A stretch of 11,198 nucleotides of DNA from Candidatus Velthaea sp. (GTDB lineage Bacteria; Vulcanimicrobiota; Vulcanimicrobiia; Vulcanimicrobiales; Vulcanimicrobiaceae). The stretch is from contig JBEKHC010000128.1 of assembly GCA_050012475.1 (NCBI GenBank), positions 1-11,198 on the forward strand, in the 5' to 3' direction. Of this stretch, positions 10,190 through 11,198 are shown piece by piece (the first letter of the stretch is position 1; each line of letters opens with the position of its first letter). The notes under the pieces were generated by a model, which saw nothing but the letters and a program-made list of their open reading frames with translations, was not told the DNA's origin and ran no database searches. A program made the position numbers and the translations under genes.

Positions 10190-10194
10190 TAGGC

Positions 10195-11196
10195 GTGGAA
10201 CTCCGGCGGCACCGCGCTCCGTTGATCGCCGTCGGCACGGCCGTTGCCGTCTGCGCCGTCGTGATCGTGCTCGGCGTGTCGGTCGGCGCGGTGCCGTTCG
10301 CTTTCTCGATCGTCTCTTCCCAATTGATCCACCCCGACATCTCGACGCAGGCCGGACGGATTCTGTGGGACATCCGCATTCCGCGCGTCGCAATCGCGGC
10401 GCTCGTCGGGGCGGCGTTGGGCATGGCGGGCATGCTGCTGCAAACCATGCTGCGCAACCCCCTCGTCGATCCGTACCTCACCGGCACGAGCGCCGGCGCG
10501 GCATGCGCGATCGCGGTTGGCATCGCCGCCGGCATTACCGCGGCGCTGCTGCCGCTGCTGGCATTCGGTGCCGCGCTCGCCACCGCGTTGCTCGTCGCGG
10601 CGCTGGCGCGCACCGGTGCCGGCCTCTCGCACGAGCGGCTGATCCTTGCAGGCATCTCGCTTTCGGCGCTCTTCGCCGGGGTCGTGACCCTGGTGATCTT
10701 GCTTTCGCCGCGCGCGAGCACGTCACTGAGCATTCTCGCTTGGCTGGGCGGCAGCTTGGCCGGGCGCGGCTGGGATGACGCTCGCACCGGCGCACTCTAT
10801 GCCGGTGGCGGAGCCATCGTTGCGCTGGCCTTGGCGCCGGCCCTCAACGGCTTGCGCTTTGGCGAAACGCGCGCGCGTTCGCTTGGCATCGACGTCGATC
10901 GCGCGAGCTGGGGCGTGCTCGCGTCGGCATCGCTGCTGACCGCGGCGGCTGTCAGTGTTTCGGGCGTCGTCGGATTCGTCGGCTTGATCGTTCCGCACGT
11001 CACGCGCCGGGTCGTCGGCGACGACGCGCGCTACACGCTCGTCACGAGTGCGCTGATCGGTGCCATGCTCGTGGTCCTCGCCGATGCGGTGGCTCGCTCG
11101 ATCGCGCCGCCGCTGGATTTGCCCGTCGGCGTGCTGCTGTCGATGTTCGGCGTGCCGATCTTTCTCTTTCTCGCGTTTCGGCGGCGTGCCGCATGA
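10195..11196 (+). CDS. FecCD/BtuC-family ABC transporter permease (iron-siderophore, heme or cobalamin), 333 aa
   Basis: IRIPRV, LQTMLRNPLVDPYLTGTSAGA, LILAGI, WLGGSL, FGETRARSLGID, GVVGFVGLIVPH, ADAVAR, LPVG; highly hydrophobic. Stop overlaps an ATG (ATGA at 11193-11196), suggesting a coupled next gene. Confidence 0.93.
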   Translation: MELRRHRAPLIAVGTAVAVCAVVIVLGVSVGAVPFAFSIVSSQLIHPDISTQAGRILWDIRIPRVAIAALVGAALGMAGMLLQTMLRNPLVDPYLTGTSAGAACAIAVGIAAGITAALLPLLAFGAALATALLVAALARTGAGLSHERLILAGISLSALFAGVVTLVILLSPRASTSLSILAWLGGSLAGRGWDDARTGALYAGGGAIVALALAPALNGLRFGETRARSLGIDVDRASWGVLASASLLTAAAVSVSGVVGFVGLIVPHVTRRVVGDDARYTLVTSALIGAMLVVLADAVARSIAPPLDLPVGVLLSMFGVPIFLFLAFRRRAA

Positions 11197-11198
11197 TC

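Noticed and set aside
10118..10194. Cobalamin riboswitch or Fur box upstream of the permease
   Set aside because: The region is only 77 bp, is GC-rich, and shows neither B12-box nor AT-rich Fur-box sequence.

Overview
GC-rich bacterial chromosomal window. Left half (minus strand): the 5' part of a respiratory complex I operon, nuoA-nuoB-nuoC-nuoD-nuoE-nuoF-orfX-nuoG (nuoG runs off the window). It has three non-standard traits: (i) a 197-bp MITE-like element with long imperfect terminal inverted repeats and a 3-bp TCA/TGA direct repeat sits exactly at the nuoB stop/nuoC start junction and carries a 67-codon ORF overlapping both neighbours; (ii) nuoF has no ATG/GTG/TTG ahead of its conserved N-terminus and appears to start at an ATT codon with a strong SD; (iii) a 78-aa two-TM-helix ORF lies between nuoF and nuoG, coupled to nuoF. 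Right half: a small lipoprotein, cobU, a TVGFGD potassium channel, a PDZ-less trypsin-like lipoprotein protease coupled to hflX, and a FecCD/BtuC-type ABC permease. A recurrent AGG-N19/20-(-10-like hexamer) motif lies just upstream of four operon-leading genes that lack SD sequences. All calls come from manual reading and motif recognition; no database searches were run.
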